From positions 31,101,248 through 31,165,247 of the forward strand of contig NC_092393.1 in assembly GCF_030028105.1 (NCBI RefSeq): 64,000 nt of DNA, read 5' to 3'. The translations under genes were made by a program, and so were the position numbers. Each line of letters opens with the position of its first letter. The stretch's first letter is position 1. The notes beneath the pieces are model-generated. The model worked only from the letters and a program-made list of their open reading frames with translations. It searched no databases and was not told the DNA's origin. Positions 48,480 to 61,299 of this stretch are shown here, one piece after another. This stretch comes from Mobula birostris (taxonomy: Eukaryota).

Positions 48480-51000
48480 TAGATGTTGTATTCTATGCTT
48501 CTTGGTTGAAACATTACTTAACTCCATTCCCTCACTTTGGTCTCATTACTCTTCATACTCTTGTCTGAAAAAAAATCTATTAATGTCAATTTTGAAATCG
48601 TCATCTGAACTAACTTCAGAAAATCTCTGGATAGAGAATTTTACATTATCTCCATGCTTGAATAAGAGATGCTTTCTGGCCCATGTTTTGCTTTTAAGTT
48701 CATGTTTTAAAAATTCCCACCAAATAAATTCATTTCAGGCTATGCTGTCAATGGCTTTCCTCATTTTAAATACTTTTATTAAGTCTCCACTTAATTATCA
48801 ATAATCAGAGGAATTTTAATAAGGTGATACAGACTGGCATCACATGTTATTTAGCCACTTACCCCACCACCCCACCACCCCACCTTCAAAGACAATATTT
48901 GCTAACTAAATTGTGGCACCCTGCAATGATTTGTTTGTTCTGACCACAAGTTTGTATAACTGTAAGGTAATTTCAGCCCTGTTGACATGGAGTCAGAGTC
49001 GTACAGTACAGAAACTTGCCTTTCAGCCAACATGTCAATTCTCATCTATTTATTGAACAAACCTTATTCCATTTGTCTGCATCATGACTGTATCCTTCCT
49101 TGCCTTGTCTGTTTAAATGTCTGCTAAGTGTAGTAATTGTATCTGATTGCACCATCTCCTCTGGCAACACATTCTAGAAATCAACCACTCTGTAAAAAAA
49201 CTCACCCTTTAGATTCTTTTTTTAAAAAAAAGCTATTCTCCTGATCTTAATTCTATGCCATCATGCAAAACAGACCTCATCCTTTAGCCTCTTTTCCTCT
49301 AGGGATAAAAGACCACCCTATAGAGTCTTACCCCAAACTAAAGTCCTCCAACCCAGTCAATATTTTGATAAATCTCTTTTGCACACTTCACAATGCAGTC
49401 ACGTCTTTCCTGCACCATGATGAAAAGAACTACACACAATATTCCAAGTGTGGCTTACACAGAGCATAGTCATAGTCATACTTTATTGATCCTGGGGGAA
49501 AACAGTGCAGCATGGGAGCAGGACTTTCAGCCCATGATATCTGCTGAAGCTGAAATAAGCAAAACCTCTGAGCGTGTCTGTATATAACCCACATCTCTTT
49601 ATTGCCCACATATCCATGTGACGAACCCTTAACACCATTACCATTTCTGCTTCGGCTATGAACCCAGGCACCTCAGTCCAGGCACATACCATAATCTTTG
49701 TTTAAAAAAATGCCTAGTACATCTCCTTTAAACCTTCCCTTTCTCATATTAAATGCACTTTCTCCAGTACTTGACATTGCTACCCTGGGAAAAAAGAGAG
49801 TCTCTCTATGTCTATTATCTATCTCCTCTTGTATCCCTAAGTCTCTGTTCACTCAGTGTCCTACAATTTACTGCATATATCCTATCAACATGTCACTTCC
49901 CAAAGTGTATCACCTTGCATTGTCTGGGATTAAATTCCATTTTCCAATGCTCTGCCCCAGCATTCCATCTGAACTATATCTTTCTGTAGGCTTAGGTAAC
50001 CTCCTTGCTCTACACAAGACTGCCATCTGCAACCTTACAAATCATACCTCGTATGTTCACAAACAAGTCAGTGATTTATACTACAAGCAAAATTTCCAAT
50101 GATATCTTTATGGCCACAAATATCCAGTCAGAAAAATATACTCCCATCACTCCCCTCAGTGTTGTTTCATTTAGCCAGCTCGGCTTGAATTTCAAATAAC
50201 TTAACTTCTACACCAGTTTACTTAAGCAGGATCTTGTCAAGTATCTAGCTAAGGTAGATACAGACATTATCTCTCACCCTACCTTCACTGATCTCCTTTG
50301 CTACCTCCTAAAATCTCAATCAAATTACTAGGACAGTATTTACCCCCTCACAATGCCATGGTGATTATTCCTCACCAGTCCCTGCTTTTCCAACTGTACA
50401 TAAATTTTGTGCCAGTATTTTCTCCAGTAATTTCCCTACCACAGGCTTGTAGCTATCTGATTTATCTCTGCACTTCTTAAACAAAGGAACAGTATCAGCT
50501 ATACATAAATCTTCTGATTGATGGTGAATAGAGATGCAAAAATCTCCATCTGTGCCCCAGCAATCTTGTCCTTTATTTCTCAAAGCATTCTGAGATAGAT
50601 CTCATACCGTCCTGGAGATTTATCCACCCTTACATGTTTCAAGGAATTCAACACCTCCACATTTTTAACACCTATATGCTCCAAGCAACTTATCTCGCCT
50701 CAAACTTGCTAGGCTCCACCTCCTTGTCCTTGGTGTACAAAGGTGATAAGTATTTATTTAGAATATTGCCCTCTTGGTTGCATGCATAAATTACCCTTTG
50801 GGCCCTAACTATCCTCTTGTTGCTTGTGACTTACAGAAGGACTTAAGATTCTGTTTAATCTTATTTGCTAAGAATATTTCATAGCCTCATTTTTGTCCTC
50901 TTAATTTCTTTTTACATACTCTCATAAAACTTCTATATTCCTCAAATGTCCCTTTTGATTGTAGATGCCTATACCTGCCATATGCTTCTGCTTTTTTCTG
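48480..51000 (-). mobile_element. Patchwork of old CR1 fragments
   Basis: IADTVPLFKKCRDKSDSYKPVVGKLLEKIL and 3'-end CR1 nucleotide motifs; heavily decayed, limits approximate. Confidence 0.65.
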
Positions 51001-51509
51001 ATCAAACCTTGTATTCCACTACTTTTCAGAAAAAAAATCAGCATATCATCAGGTTTTAAATTATGATGTGGAGGCTTCCGTATTCAGACTCCAGGATTTT
51101 AGCCATGGTTGCTAGCTGTTTTTTTTTCACTCCATCTCACTGCTGCCTATAGTTCAGCAGCCATGAATGTTGCTGCTCAGGCTAATTATATGTTCTCTGT
51201 CCACTTCTGCTGGAGATAAGCATTCTTCCCAAGCCACAAGGGGAATATCTTTTGGAGACACTTGCAGAAGGAAAGTCATGTAAAAGAGACACTGAGATTA
51301 TGTAGAGGAGTGGTGATTTTACTGTTAAATTATTGCACATGATCAATTTAATATATTTTTGAAATATGAAACTCCATTCACTTACATTTTCATGACCAAA
51401 GTACAAGTAATTTTCAGACAATGCTGACTTAATGATACAAAAGTGGAATGGCTTTTATAAGATTTCTGTGATTTTAGCTGCTTATCTGTATTATCTGCAG
51501 GTGAATCAA

Positions 51510-51579
51510 ATGACAGAAATGGGGCTATGCTTGAACTTTTTCTATTTGATCATGTACTTGAGCATGCACTATGCAGAAC
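51510..51579 (+). CDS. B7-like Ig-superfamily gene, signal-peptide exon (MTEMGLCLNFFYLIMYLSMHYAE)
   Basis: Acceptor ttatctgcag at 51491-51500, ATG at 51510, hydrophobic core, phase-1 donor AAC|gtaagt at 51580; frame joins the next exon. Confidence 0.8.
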
Positions 51580-51669
51580 GTAAGTACTGAAATGTTTTTT
51601 AATAAATAGCTCATTCAACATTGATTGTTAAACTTGTTTCTGAAGTTATTGGAAATTAATGATTTCTAG

Positions 51670-51996
51670 CATTTGTGAAGCTGAATTGTGTGGAGTCAGT
51701 AACAGGAATATTTAACGAAGACACCGTACTACCATGCAGTATGGAAGGAGCAGGGATGAAAATACTAACTCTAACAAAACTAAATGAAGATGGATCAAGT
51801 GATAAAATTGTCTATAAGTCTAACTCAAGTGCAAGTGACAGTGGAGTTCAGGGTCGAATTAAATTACATCGTCAAGATCCACAGGATGTGTCTCTGATAA
51901 TCCAGAAAATACAAGCATCTGATAACGGAAAATATCAATACCTTTTGGAAACAGATCATGGATATGACTATAAAATCATCAATTTGATATTTAGAG
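51670..51996 (+). CDS. B7-like gene, IgV-like domain exon
   Basis: Acceptor gatttctag, open 327 nt (PFVKLNCVESVTGIFNEDTVLPC...DVSLIIQKIQASDNGKYQYLLETDHG...IFR), V-set motifs (VLPC, RIKL, DVSLII, DNGKY), phase-1 donor G|gtgggt. Confidence 0.9.
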
Positions 51997-52999
51997 GTGG
52001 GTAATATAATACTTTCTCTGCTTTTAATTTCCTTTATGAACATTGGTTACGTCTAATTGGTAATAAATTGCAGTTAATACTGTGTCTCTCAAAGTGCCTT
52101 GATTTGTGAGTTAGTTTGACATATGCAATACTGATAGTTATATTTGTACAGGGAAGAATGACTGAATTTATGTCATCGTTACAAGTCATATCACTGCAAC
52201 AAATTGTTTTGAATTCTACCAACTTGAGTGAAGCTCTTTTCCATCAAACACTGAATAAATGTGCATGAATAAAATAAATGATTTTTAGTTTGTGGATTAA
52301 ATACATAATTTACATTTGAGAATATGGAAGTTTTTAATGAAGCAAGACATCAGAGATTCGTAAATTGTAGACCATTTTGGGTGACAAGAAAAAATACTTG
52401 AGTGAATAGTATACAAAGTACATAGGCTTTCTGACATTTGAAGAAGGCAAGAGATAGTAATATATTCGATTAGTCATGATAGCGATAAAGGAGCAAGCTA
52501 CAACACTTGTAATTTCTGCCCTAGTGCATTAATAATCTCCTAAGGTTATTGGGACATAAAAAGAAGATTTAGTACCTTTAATCATGTATTTGTATACAGT
52601 ATCTGCAATTGGCAGTAATGCATACAAAATATATTTGGCAAGAAATCATTTTACTGGAAGTATGTACTTTGGATCTTTGGTTTTGAGGCTCTATTTGTTG
52701 AAGATCCGCATCTTTTTTTCCTGGATTTAGTTATAGACCTCTTGCACTAAGTAACGGAGAACTTCTACCTCATATCTCACTATGTTCCAGCTTTGATCTG
52801 GCTATGCCCTAATAGTTTGATTAGTCAAATAGTTTCAGATTTGAATTACGCAGTGAGTTATGTGAATATAAGCTGTTCTATAAAGAAAACTGGGAAATGG
52901 CATTCATAATGTTAATATGGGTGTTAGTGCTAATTCTATTAGACATTGTGCATCCAATGCTATGGTCACATGGCTAAAGATGTAAAGCATGTCTTTCAG

Positions 53000-53251
53000 C
53001 TCCATATACTGGGCCACACATCAGCAAAAAAGAAGAAAATGGCAGAACGTTTCTTGTGTGCACAACAATTGGATATCCACTGGCACAACTCTATTGGAAG
53101 ACTGACAAAGAAACTAACTTGAATAATAGTGTTGACATCACGCGACTGGGTATACTGTACAACATCACCAGCTGCATTCCAGTAGTTTATGACTGGTGCT
53201 CTGTAAACTATATTTGTTCTGTTTGCATTGAAAATGATTGCATATCTAAAG
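53000..53251 (+). CDS. B7-like gene, IgC-like domain exon
   Basis: Acceptor gtctttcag, open 252 nt (APYTGPHISK..FLVCTTIGYPLAQLYW..LYNITS..NYICSVC..), typical of B7/CD276/PD-L1 C domains, phase-1 donor G|gtaagt. Confidence 0.9.
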
Positions 53252-53899
53252 GTAAGTTTGAATCTTATTTATCATTAAATGCAAGCACTGCAACTTCTGA
53301 GCCTCTATTGTGAATTGGCTGTTTATAAAATACAAGGCCTCCATGTATGCTGTAACAATTTCAATCAATGATTCAAGGAAAAGAAACACATGTACTTATT
53401 CACTACTGACACTTAATCAACATTGCGACTTGGAGTACAGTATGTGGCAGTTGTCTTGATCAAAGCAGGCACATCTGCACGCCAATGTGATAATGATGAA
53501 GCAATGTGGTGAGGAGAGGAAATAGAAGACCTTAATGGCTGTGACTAGAGCTGTGTAGACAATGTGGATATCAGGACAAGATCTGAAGCTGGACAGAGGA
53601 AGAAAGTTGGGAAGTTTGCAGCTGCTTAATGGAACTTGATAATCAGTTTGAACTAAATATATGATCAAGAATATCAAAGATCATGAAGCTCCCTTGTGTG
53701 ATTCATTGTAATGGGGTTTTGAATCATACTTCAAAATCATATTTATAGTGGGCAGAAATAGTGAACCCAACAATTATAACTCCCCTCAGTTCTGCGTTGT
53801 CACAAATTACCAAAATAAGCACATTCAATGAGTGTATGTTTGTAGTCTTTACCTGCTGTAGCTCATCCACTTTAAGGTTTGACGTGTTGTACATTCAGA

Positions 53900-54190
53900 G
53901 ATGCTCTTCTGCACCCTACTGTTGTAATGTAAGATTATTTGAGTTCCTGATGCCTTCCTGTCAGAATGAACCAACCTGGACTTTCGGGACTTTCTGGACT
54001 TTCTCCTCTAACCACTCTCATTAATAAGGGTTTTTCACCCACAAAACTGTCACTCAGTGGATGTGCTTTGTTTTTTGCACTGTCCTCTGTGAACTCTAGA
54101 GACTGCTGTGCATGAAAATGCCAGATCAGCAGTTTCAGAGATACTCCACCCACCGCACCTGACACCAACAATCATTCCACAGTCAGGCGT
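53900..54190 (-). mobile_element. Tc1/mariner fragment in an intron of the B7-like gene
   Basis: Reverse complement of the 37137 family (gtggaatgattgttggtgtcag..tatctctgaaactgctgatct). Confidence 0.72.
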
Positions 54191-54479
54191 ACAGCAGGTG
54201 TAGAGTTTCGAATGAAATGGCAACTGAGTGTACATCAGCATGATCTACTGCATATAATTATATTTTCCATTCCTTATAACATGTGGAATAATTTTAATAG
54301 CATTTTTCTTCTTATTTTGTAATCATATTTAAAATGTTTGCATTATTTCTGCTCCACCTGTGTTCCAGGGAACACTCTTCAGTTTAACGGTAAAATAGAA
54401 ACTACTGCAGTGAGCCGACCTAAGATCTTGCCTAGCCGTGGATTTTAAATTGGCTGTTAGGTAGCCACTATCTTGAATA

Positions 54480-55240
54480 TTCCATAAGACCAGGAGACAA
54501 TAAGACATAGGAGCAGAATTAAGCCATTCTGCCCATCAAGTCTGCTCCACCATTTCACCATGGCTGATCCATTTCCTTCTCAACACTATTCTCCTGGCTT
54601 CTCCCCATAACCTTTCACGCCCTGACTAATGAAGAGCTTATCAACTTGTGTCTTAAATACACCCAGTGATCTGGCTTCCACTGAAACAAATTGCCCAGAT
54701 TCAACAACCATTCTAAATGGACATCCCACTATTCTGAGGCTGGGTCTCTGGTCATCGACTCACCACAATAGGAAGCATATACTCTACAGCCACTCTATCT
54801 AGGCTTGTCAACATTCGATAGGTTTCAATGAGATCACCCCTGATTCTTCTAATTTCCAGTGAGTACAGGCACAAAGCCAACAAGCACTCCTCATAGGATA
54901 ACCCTATCATTCCTGGAAACATTCTCATGAACATCCTCTGAACCCTCCCCAATGTCAACACATCGATTCTTATATAAGGAGCCCAAAACTGCTCACATAT
55001 TTCCAAGTGAGGCCTCACCAGTGCCTTATGAAGACTCAGCATTACATCCTTGTTTTTACATTCTAGTCCCCTGGAGATGAATGCTAACATTGCATTTGCC
55101 TTCCTCACCACAAACTTAACCTACAAATTAATCTTTCGGGAACCCTGCATGAGGTCTCCCAAGTCCCTTTGCTCCTTGGATTTTTGAATTTTCTCCCCGT
55201 TTAGAAAATAGTCGGTGCTTTTATTCCTTTTACCAAAGAG
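54480..55240 (-). mobile_element. CR1 LINE 3' fragment (intron of the B7-like gene)
   Basis: ORF 54752-55111 MVRKANAMLAFISRGLECKNKDVMLSLHKALVRPHLEICEQFWAPY, typical of the CR1 ORF2 end. Confidence 0.88.
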
Positions 55241-55952
55241 CATGACCGTGCACTTCCTGACACTGTATTCTGATTACAATATCTTTGCCCTTTCTCCAGA
55301 TCTGTCTAAGTCCTACTGCAGACTCCCTGCTTCCTCAACACTACCTGCCCCTCCACCTATCTTGCTATCATGTGCAAACTTGGCCAGTTTTGTGCTTTCT
55401 ACCGAGCTCCCTAAATCCTCTCTTAAGGACTTCCTCTCTTTCCCTTCCTATGTTATTGGTGCCAATAGATACCAAGACTTCTGTCTGCTCACCTTCCCTC
55501 TTTAGAATGTTGTGTATCTGATACGACATATCTTCCAGGTGTCCCTATCGTCTCTATACTCCGGACTTGTGAGGACCTTTTTGAAAGCAGTGTTCCATGA
55601 TTTAGTTCTCTTTAAATTATAATTACATTGAAACCCTCCAAACCTGAAATTCTCTTCAAGTTGAATCGCCATTAATATGGTTCATCTTTCCTGTGCCTCA
55701 AAGAATCATATGCAATAAGTGTGCGCAAGTTGCAGCTGAGCATGAGCATGTCTGGCTTGTCTAAAAGTTCCTATTCAATGTAACCTATGTATCCTAAGAC
55801 TAGCACACAGTTCACTTGGCCCAGGACAGTTATCTCATAAATTGAAATTCTACATAGACAATTACAAAATTAAATATTAAGTTTACAGTTTTGTACTACA
55901 GAATGTAAATTATACATTTTGAGAAAAGTTAATTATTTATTTTCCATTGCAG

Positions 55953-56093
55953 AATTGGATTGTCTAAAAGTTGAAGCAATTTCTGAGCAACCATTGGATG
56001 ACAATAGAACACGTTTTGGTGTTCTTCTCTGCTTGGGGTTCTTAACGCTGCTGTGCACAGCAGCTTTTTACTGCAGAAAGCAATTTTCTAAAG
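55953..56093 (+). CDS. B7-like gene, stalk and transmembrane exon
   Basis: Acceptor tttccattgcag; ELDCLKVEAISEQPLDDNRTR-FGVLLCLGFLTLLCTAAFYC-RKQFSK, a hydrophobic helix with basic stop-transfer residues; phase-1 donor G|gtagag. Confidence 0.85.
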
Positions 56094-56919
56094 GTAGAGT
56101 ATTAATTCTGGTCAGTGAAAGGGAAGAACATAAAACATCGAACACTACAGCACAATACAGGCCATTTGGCCCATGATGTTGAGTTCACTTTTCAGCCTAC
56201 CCCAAGATCAATCTAACTCTTTCCTCCCACAGAGCCCTCTAATTTTCTTTCATGCAATGGACATCTAAGAGTCCCTTTCATTTTTCTAACTTATCTGCCT
56301 CTACCACCATCACTGGCAGTGTGTTTGTTCCATACGTTTACCACTTTGTGTGTAAATAAAACCTACCACCAACAGACAACCCCCTACAATTTCCTACAAT
56401 CATTAAAATGTATGCTGTCTCATATCAGCCACTGCAGCTCTGGGAGAAAGGTGCCGGCTGTCTACTTGATCTACACCACTTTTCACCTTATACACCTGTA
56501 TCAACTTCAAAGTTCAAAGTAAATGTATTATCAAAGTACATATATGTCTCATGTACAACCCTGAGATCAATTTCTTCCGGGCATACAGAGTAAATCCAAG
56601 AAACACAATAGAATCATTGAAACATCATATCCAACAAGGTGGACAAACAACCAATATGCAAAAGACAAAAACTGTGCAAACAGAAATGAAATAAATAAAT
56701 AAATAAATAAAGTTGAGAACAAGAGATGAAGAGTCTTTGAAAGTGACTCCATAGAATGTGGAACAGTTCAGTGATGGTGCAAGTGAAGTTGTGAGGAAGT
56801 AGAGGTACTGCTGTGCTTTCGTTGTAATTGTATTTACCTGCTGGGTCAAGGACAGGACATCTGAAATGATAACACTGAGGAATTTAAAGTTGCTGACACT
56901 CATTCTCATGAATAAAGTC

Positions 56920-57750
56920 ATCTCTCATTCTTCTTTGCTCCAAAGCTTGCTCTACTTTTTCTTATAAGGCCTGCACTCTAGAATAGTCAACATCCTGGTA
57001 AGTCTACTCTGCACCCTCTCTAAAGCTTCCAATCCCCCAAATAATGAAGGCCAACACACCGTACACCTTAACCACCCTATCAACTTGCATGATAACTCTA
57101 AAGGATCTATGCATGTGTGCCACAAGATCCCTCTGTTCCTCAACACTGTTAAAAATGCTGCCATTAGCGCTGTACCTTACCTTCAAGTTTGACCTTCCCA
57201 AGTGAATCACTTGACACTTTTCTGAACTGAATTCCATCTGCCACTTCTCAGTCCATCAGCCCAGCCCTATATTCTGTCAATGTCCCATTGTAATCTATGA
57301 CAACCTTCTACACTAACCACAACACCACCAATCTTTGTGTAATCTGAAAACTTACTAACCCACCCTTCCATTTCCTCATCCAAGTCATCTATAAAAATTA
57401 CAAAGAATAGGGGTCCCATAACAGGTCCCTGGGAATTCCACTTGTCATCAATCTCCAGGCAGAAGACATTCCATCTACAACCACCATCTGACTTTTATAG
57501 GGAAGCTAATTCAGAATCCATACAGGCAAGTTTTCCTAGATCACTTCTCTCCTTGCTTTTCTGAGTGAGCTTACCATGGGGAACCTTTTTTGGTGCCTTA
57601 CTAAATCTCTAAGCGCCAAATCTATCACTCCATCTTCACCAATTTGTTTTGTCACTTCCTCAGAAAAGTCACTCAGGCTCAAGAAGCACGTCCTCCCCCT
57701 CACAAAGCCACACTGATTGTTCCAAGTCAGACTATGCTACTTCAAAGACT
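56920..57750 (-). mobile_element. CR1 LINE fragment
   Basis: MEFSSEKCQVIHLGRSN and LEALERVQSRLTRML motifs. Confidence 0.8.
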
Positions 57751-58514
57751 CCAAAACTGGTGTTACATAGCAGTTTTTGAAGGTTCTGTTCTCCATTCCA
57801 TTCAATAAAGACCCATTCACACTTTTACCAATCCATCTTTCTCTACTCCAACTTTAGCTAGGGTAAGACTGCAGCACCCACCACACTTAACTGAATGACC
57901 ATTTTTCATAAAAGAGTCTAAAGAGCATCAATCATAAGCAATATAAAGTAAAAGTGGCCATTGCTGACCTCAGTCTTGTTCTCTCTCAATACCATCACAT
58001 ATTCACTACAGAATATAAGCAATTTAACAGCAAAACATCTCAACATGGACAGAATTATAATGAAATCTGACACTGATCTTAAGAAGGAGACAATATCCCA
58101 TGCAAAGAAATAACTGGTCCAAAGTGGTGGATATTGAGAGGTACTTGAAGGAGAGAAGGAGAGAGGATTAAGAGGTGGAAAATTAAAATCTGCAATAAAT
58201 GTTTACTGGGAGCCAAGTGTGGAGGAAGCAAAAAGTTTCCAGCAAGTTGCAGGGTCTTAAAATGAGAGAAACACAGGTTCAGGAAACTACTTAAATGCAT
58301 GGATAACAAATGTAAGGCATTGCTTAAAAATGAACTATTCAGATCAGCAAGGTGTAATGACTGAATGAATTTGGTCCATTTAACATGAAAACTTTAAAAC
58401 ATAGAACATAGGGGACAAATATGCCATTTGGCCTTGAGTCACCGTTTAACGTGATCATGGATGATCATTCACTTCAGTATTCCTGCCTTCCCTTTTCTCT
58501 TGATCCTTCTAAGC

Positions 58515-58594
58515 CCGGGGTTCCCAACCTGGAGTCCACAACCTCCTTGGTTAATGGTAGGTGTCCCTGGCATAAAAAGAGTTGGGAACCCCTG
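58515..58594. mobile_element. 80-bp Charlie-type MITE
   Basis: ccggggttcccaacc ... gttgggaacccctg TIRs inside a CR1 fragment; flanking 8-mers match 5/8. Confidence 0.65.
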
Positions 58595-59330
58595 CTCGAA
58601 ACATCTACCTACCCTCTTGAATATATTTAATGTTTTGGCCGCTACTCCCTCCTGTGTGTATAATTTTTCTGATCTCGGTATGGTATACACCACATCTTGA
58701 GCCATGACCCCTTCTTCTGCTCTCCTCAGCCTCTATTTAGTCCTGTTAGATTTTTTGTGTGTGTGGCTTTTAGGAAATCCACCTTCATTCTTCTAAATTA
58801 ATGTCGATATTTGTCTAACTGACCCAATCTGTCTGCATAGAATAGTCATTCCATCTCAGGGATCTCTGTGTTAAACACTTGTTCACTCCACCCATGACAA
58901 GCAGATTCTTTCTCACATAAGGAGACCAAAAGTCCAGTTGGGCTTTCACCAAGATGACAACATTGCTTTTGCAATAAAAATCATCTAATATGAATACTTG
59001 CTTGCTTCAACTATCAACGTACAAAAGCACCCACTTGAAACACATTTCCTTTTCCCAATTTATCATTGCTTAGATAATAATCTGCCTTTCAGTTTTCAGA
59101 AACAAAACAGATACCTTCACATTGATTCACATCAAAATGCATTAGCCTTGCATTTGCCCACTGAGCACATTTTGAGGTTAAAAAATGAAGAGAAGTTCTG
59201 CAGCAAACTAAGTCTGAGATGGTTCATGGTTAAGTATTAAATCACCTGAGGCTGTTTCAAGAAACATCTTTTCAGATTCAATATAATGCTATTTTTACTT
59301 GAAATATTAATGTTGTCATTTTCTCAAAAG

Positions 59331-59375
59331 CATACACCAGGAAACAATCTTCATCAGCGCTGGTATATTTTGTGG
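59331..59375 (+). CDS. B7-like gene, probable cytoplasmic exon (AYTRKQSSSALVYFV)
   Basis: Acceptor cattttctcaaaag, 45 nt open in phase 1-1, donor G|gtatgt, in unique DNA between CR1 fragments. A competing AG lies at 59339-59340. Confidence 0.55.
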
Positions 59376-59439
59376 GTATGTAACTTTTAAGAATATCTTT
59401 ACAATTTCTAAAAGGAAGGGTTATCTTACCTTTAATTAG

Positions 59440-61000
59440 AACATAGAACAGTATAGTGTGGGATCAGGCACTTTGACCTACAATGGCCATAATGAAAACA
59501 AAGAATTTCCATCTGCCTGTACATGGTCTATAACCCTCCAGTTCCTGTCTGTTTATGTGACTGTATACATGCCTCTTGAACATTGCCATTCTGTTTTTTC
59601 CAAGTTCCTGCCGCACATTGTGTAAAAAAAAAATGCCTTGTAAATCTCCTTTAAATTTTTCCGTCTCACCTTAAAGCTACGCCGTTTCGTATTTGATATT
59701 TCCACCTGGAGCAAGATTCTATCAACTATGTCTGTGCCTCTGATAATGTACGATGCTCCTATCTGGTCACTCCTCAGCCTCCTGTGCTCAGGCAAAACAA
59801 TCCAAGTTTGTCCAACGTCTCCTTACAGTGAATACTCTTTAATTCAGGAAATATACTAGCAGACCCTCTTCAAATCCCTCACGTCCTTTCTATAATACAG
59901 CAACATGAACTGCTAACTGTACTTCAAATGTGGCCTTACCAAAGTTTAATACAACTGCAATATGACTTCCCAATGTTTATACTCAACACCCCAAAAGCTG
60001 AAAGCATGTATACCAAATTCCTTCCTTACCACCTTGACTTGTGTTGCAGCTTTCAATGAGCTATTGACTTCTTCCTCAGTATCCCTAAGTACAATAATGC
60101 TCCTCACTTCCTGCTATTTACGGAACAAATTCCTTGTGCATTTGACCTCCCAAGGTACAACACCTCACATGTATTCAGATTAAACTCCATTTGCAATTTC
60201 TCTGCTCGTATTTCCAATTGGTGTATATCCTACTGATTCCTTCCGCACTATTCACAACTCCCCCAGTTTTTGCATTGTTTACAAACTCAGCCACTTATTT
60301 CCATCCAAATCATTTATATAAATCACAAGCAACAGAGGTCCCAGCTTTGACCCTTGTGGAACGTCACTGGCCACAGACCTCCAGCCAGATTAACACCCCT
60401 GCGTAATTATACTCTGTCTTTTATGGCCAAGCCAATTTTGCATCCAACCTATCAGGTCTCCATGGATCTGCTGGGCCTTAGTAGTCTCGATTAACCTACC
60501 ACAAGTAACCTTATCCACAGCTTTAGTACAGCATTTACTGCCTTGCCATTATCAATCACCTCAAAAGGCACAATCAAGTTTGTGATATATGTCCTCCTCC
60601 AAAGGAAGGAATGATGGAGTAGACTCGATGTGCCAGTTGGCCTAATTCTGCTTCTGTGCCTTATGGTCTTTGCTTTTCCAGATGTGAGTAGATCCTGTCC
60701 ATAACAATTCTCTCCAATAATTTTGTGTAAGGCACACAGGCCTGTAATTTGCTGGTTTGTCTCAAAAATAGAGGAACAGCATTGACTATTCTCCATTCCC
60801 CTGGGACCTGTCAATATAGAGGATACAAAGATATCTGTCAAGGCCCCAGCGATCTCCTGCCTTGCCTCTCTCGGTAACCTGGGATAGGTCACATTAAGCT
60901 CTGGGGATTTACTCAGCATAATGCTCTTCAGCAGCCCCAAGTGCTCCTGCTGTTTAGTATCAACATGATCTAGAATATCAGCATAACACACTCTGAACTC
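59440..61000 (-). mobile_element. CR1 LINE fragments
   Basis: RLRSDQIGASYIIRGTDIVDR and EIAGALTDIFVSSIL...HKIIGE fragments. Confidence 0.75.
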
Positions 61001-61101
61001 ACGATCCTTTGTGTACTTATCTTTGAATGCAAAATATTTGTTTCCTCTGAGGTTTCTTGAATTCCATCCTTCAACTGATGAGTTATTTTTTTCTCCAACA
61101 G

Positions 61102-61118
61102 ATGGTGAAGAAAATTGA
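61102..61118 (+). CDS. B7-like gene, probable terminal exon (DGEEN*)
   Basis: Strong acceptor ttttttttctccaacag, phase-1 compatible, TGA at 61116-61118, followed by AT-rich 3'UTR-like sequence with AATAAA motifs. Confidence 0.6.
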
Positions 61119-61299
61119 ATATGTGTATCAAGTTAATTCTCAAAAAAAGAACCAGTTTCTGTCATCAGTCTACTCCTGTCAATCAACATAATTATTCATG
61201 TTAATTAGCAAAATCACTCCTGTCAATATATTTTCACTAGATTCCTGTGTTGATAACTCATAGTTTAATCAGCTAATCATGTTGTTCTTTCTGCATCCA

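Noticed and set aside
56094-56176. ORF-track extension of the TM exon (GRVLILVSEREEHKTSNTTAQYRPFGP)
   Set aside because: It runs past a good donor into a CR1 3' tail; intronic.
59355-59375. ITIM in the cytoplasmic tail (SALVYFV)
   Set aside because: After splicing Y+3 is Asp (YFVD), which does not fit I/V/L/SxYxxL/V.
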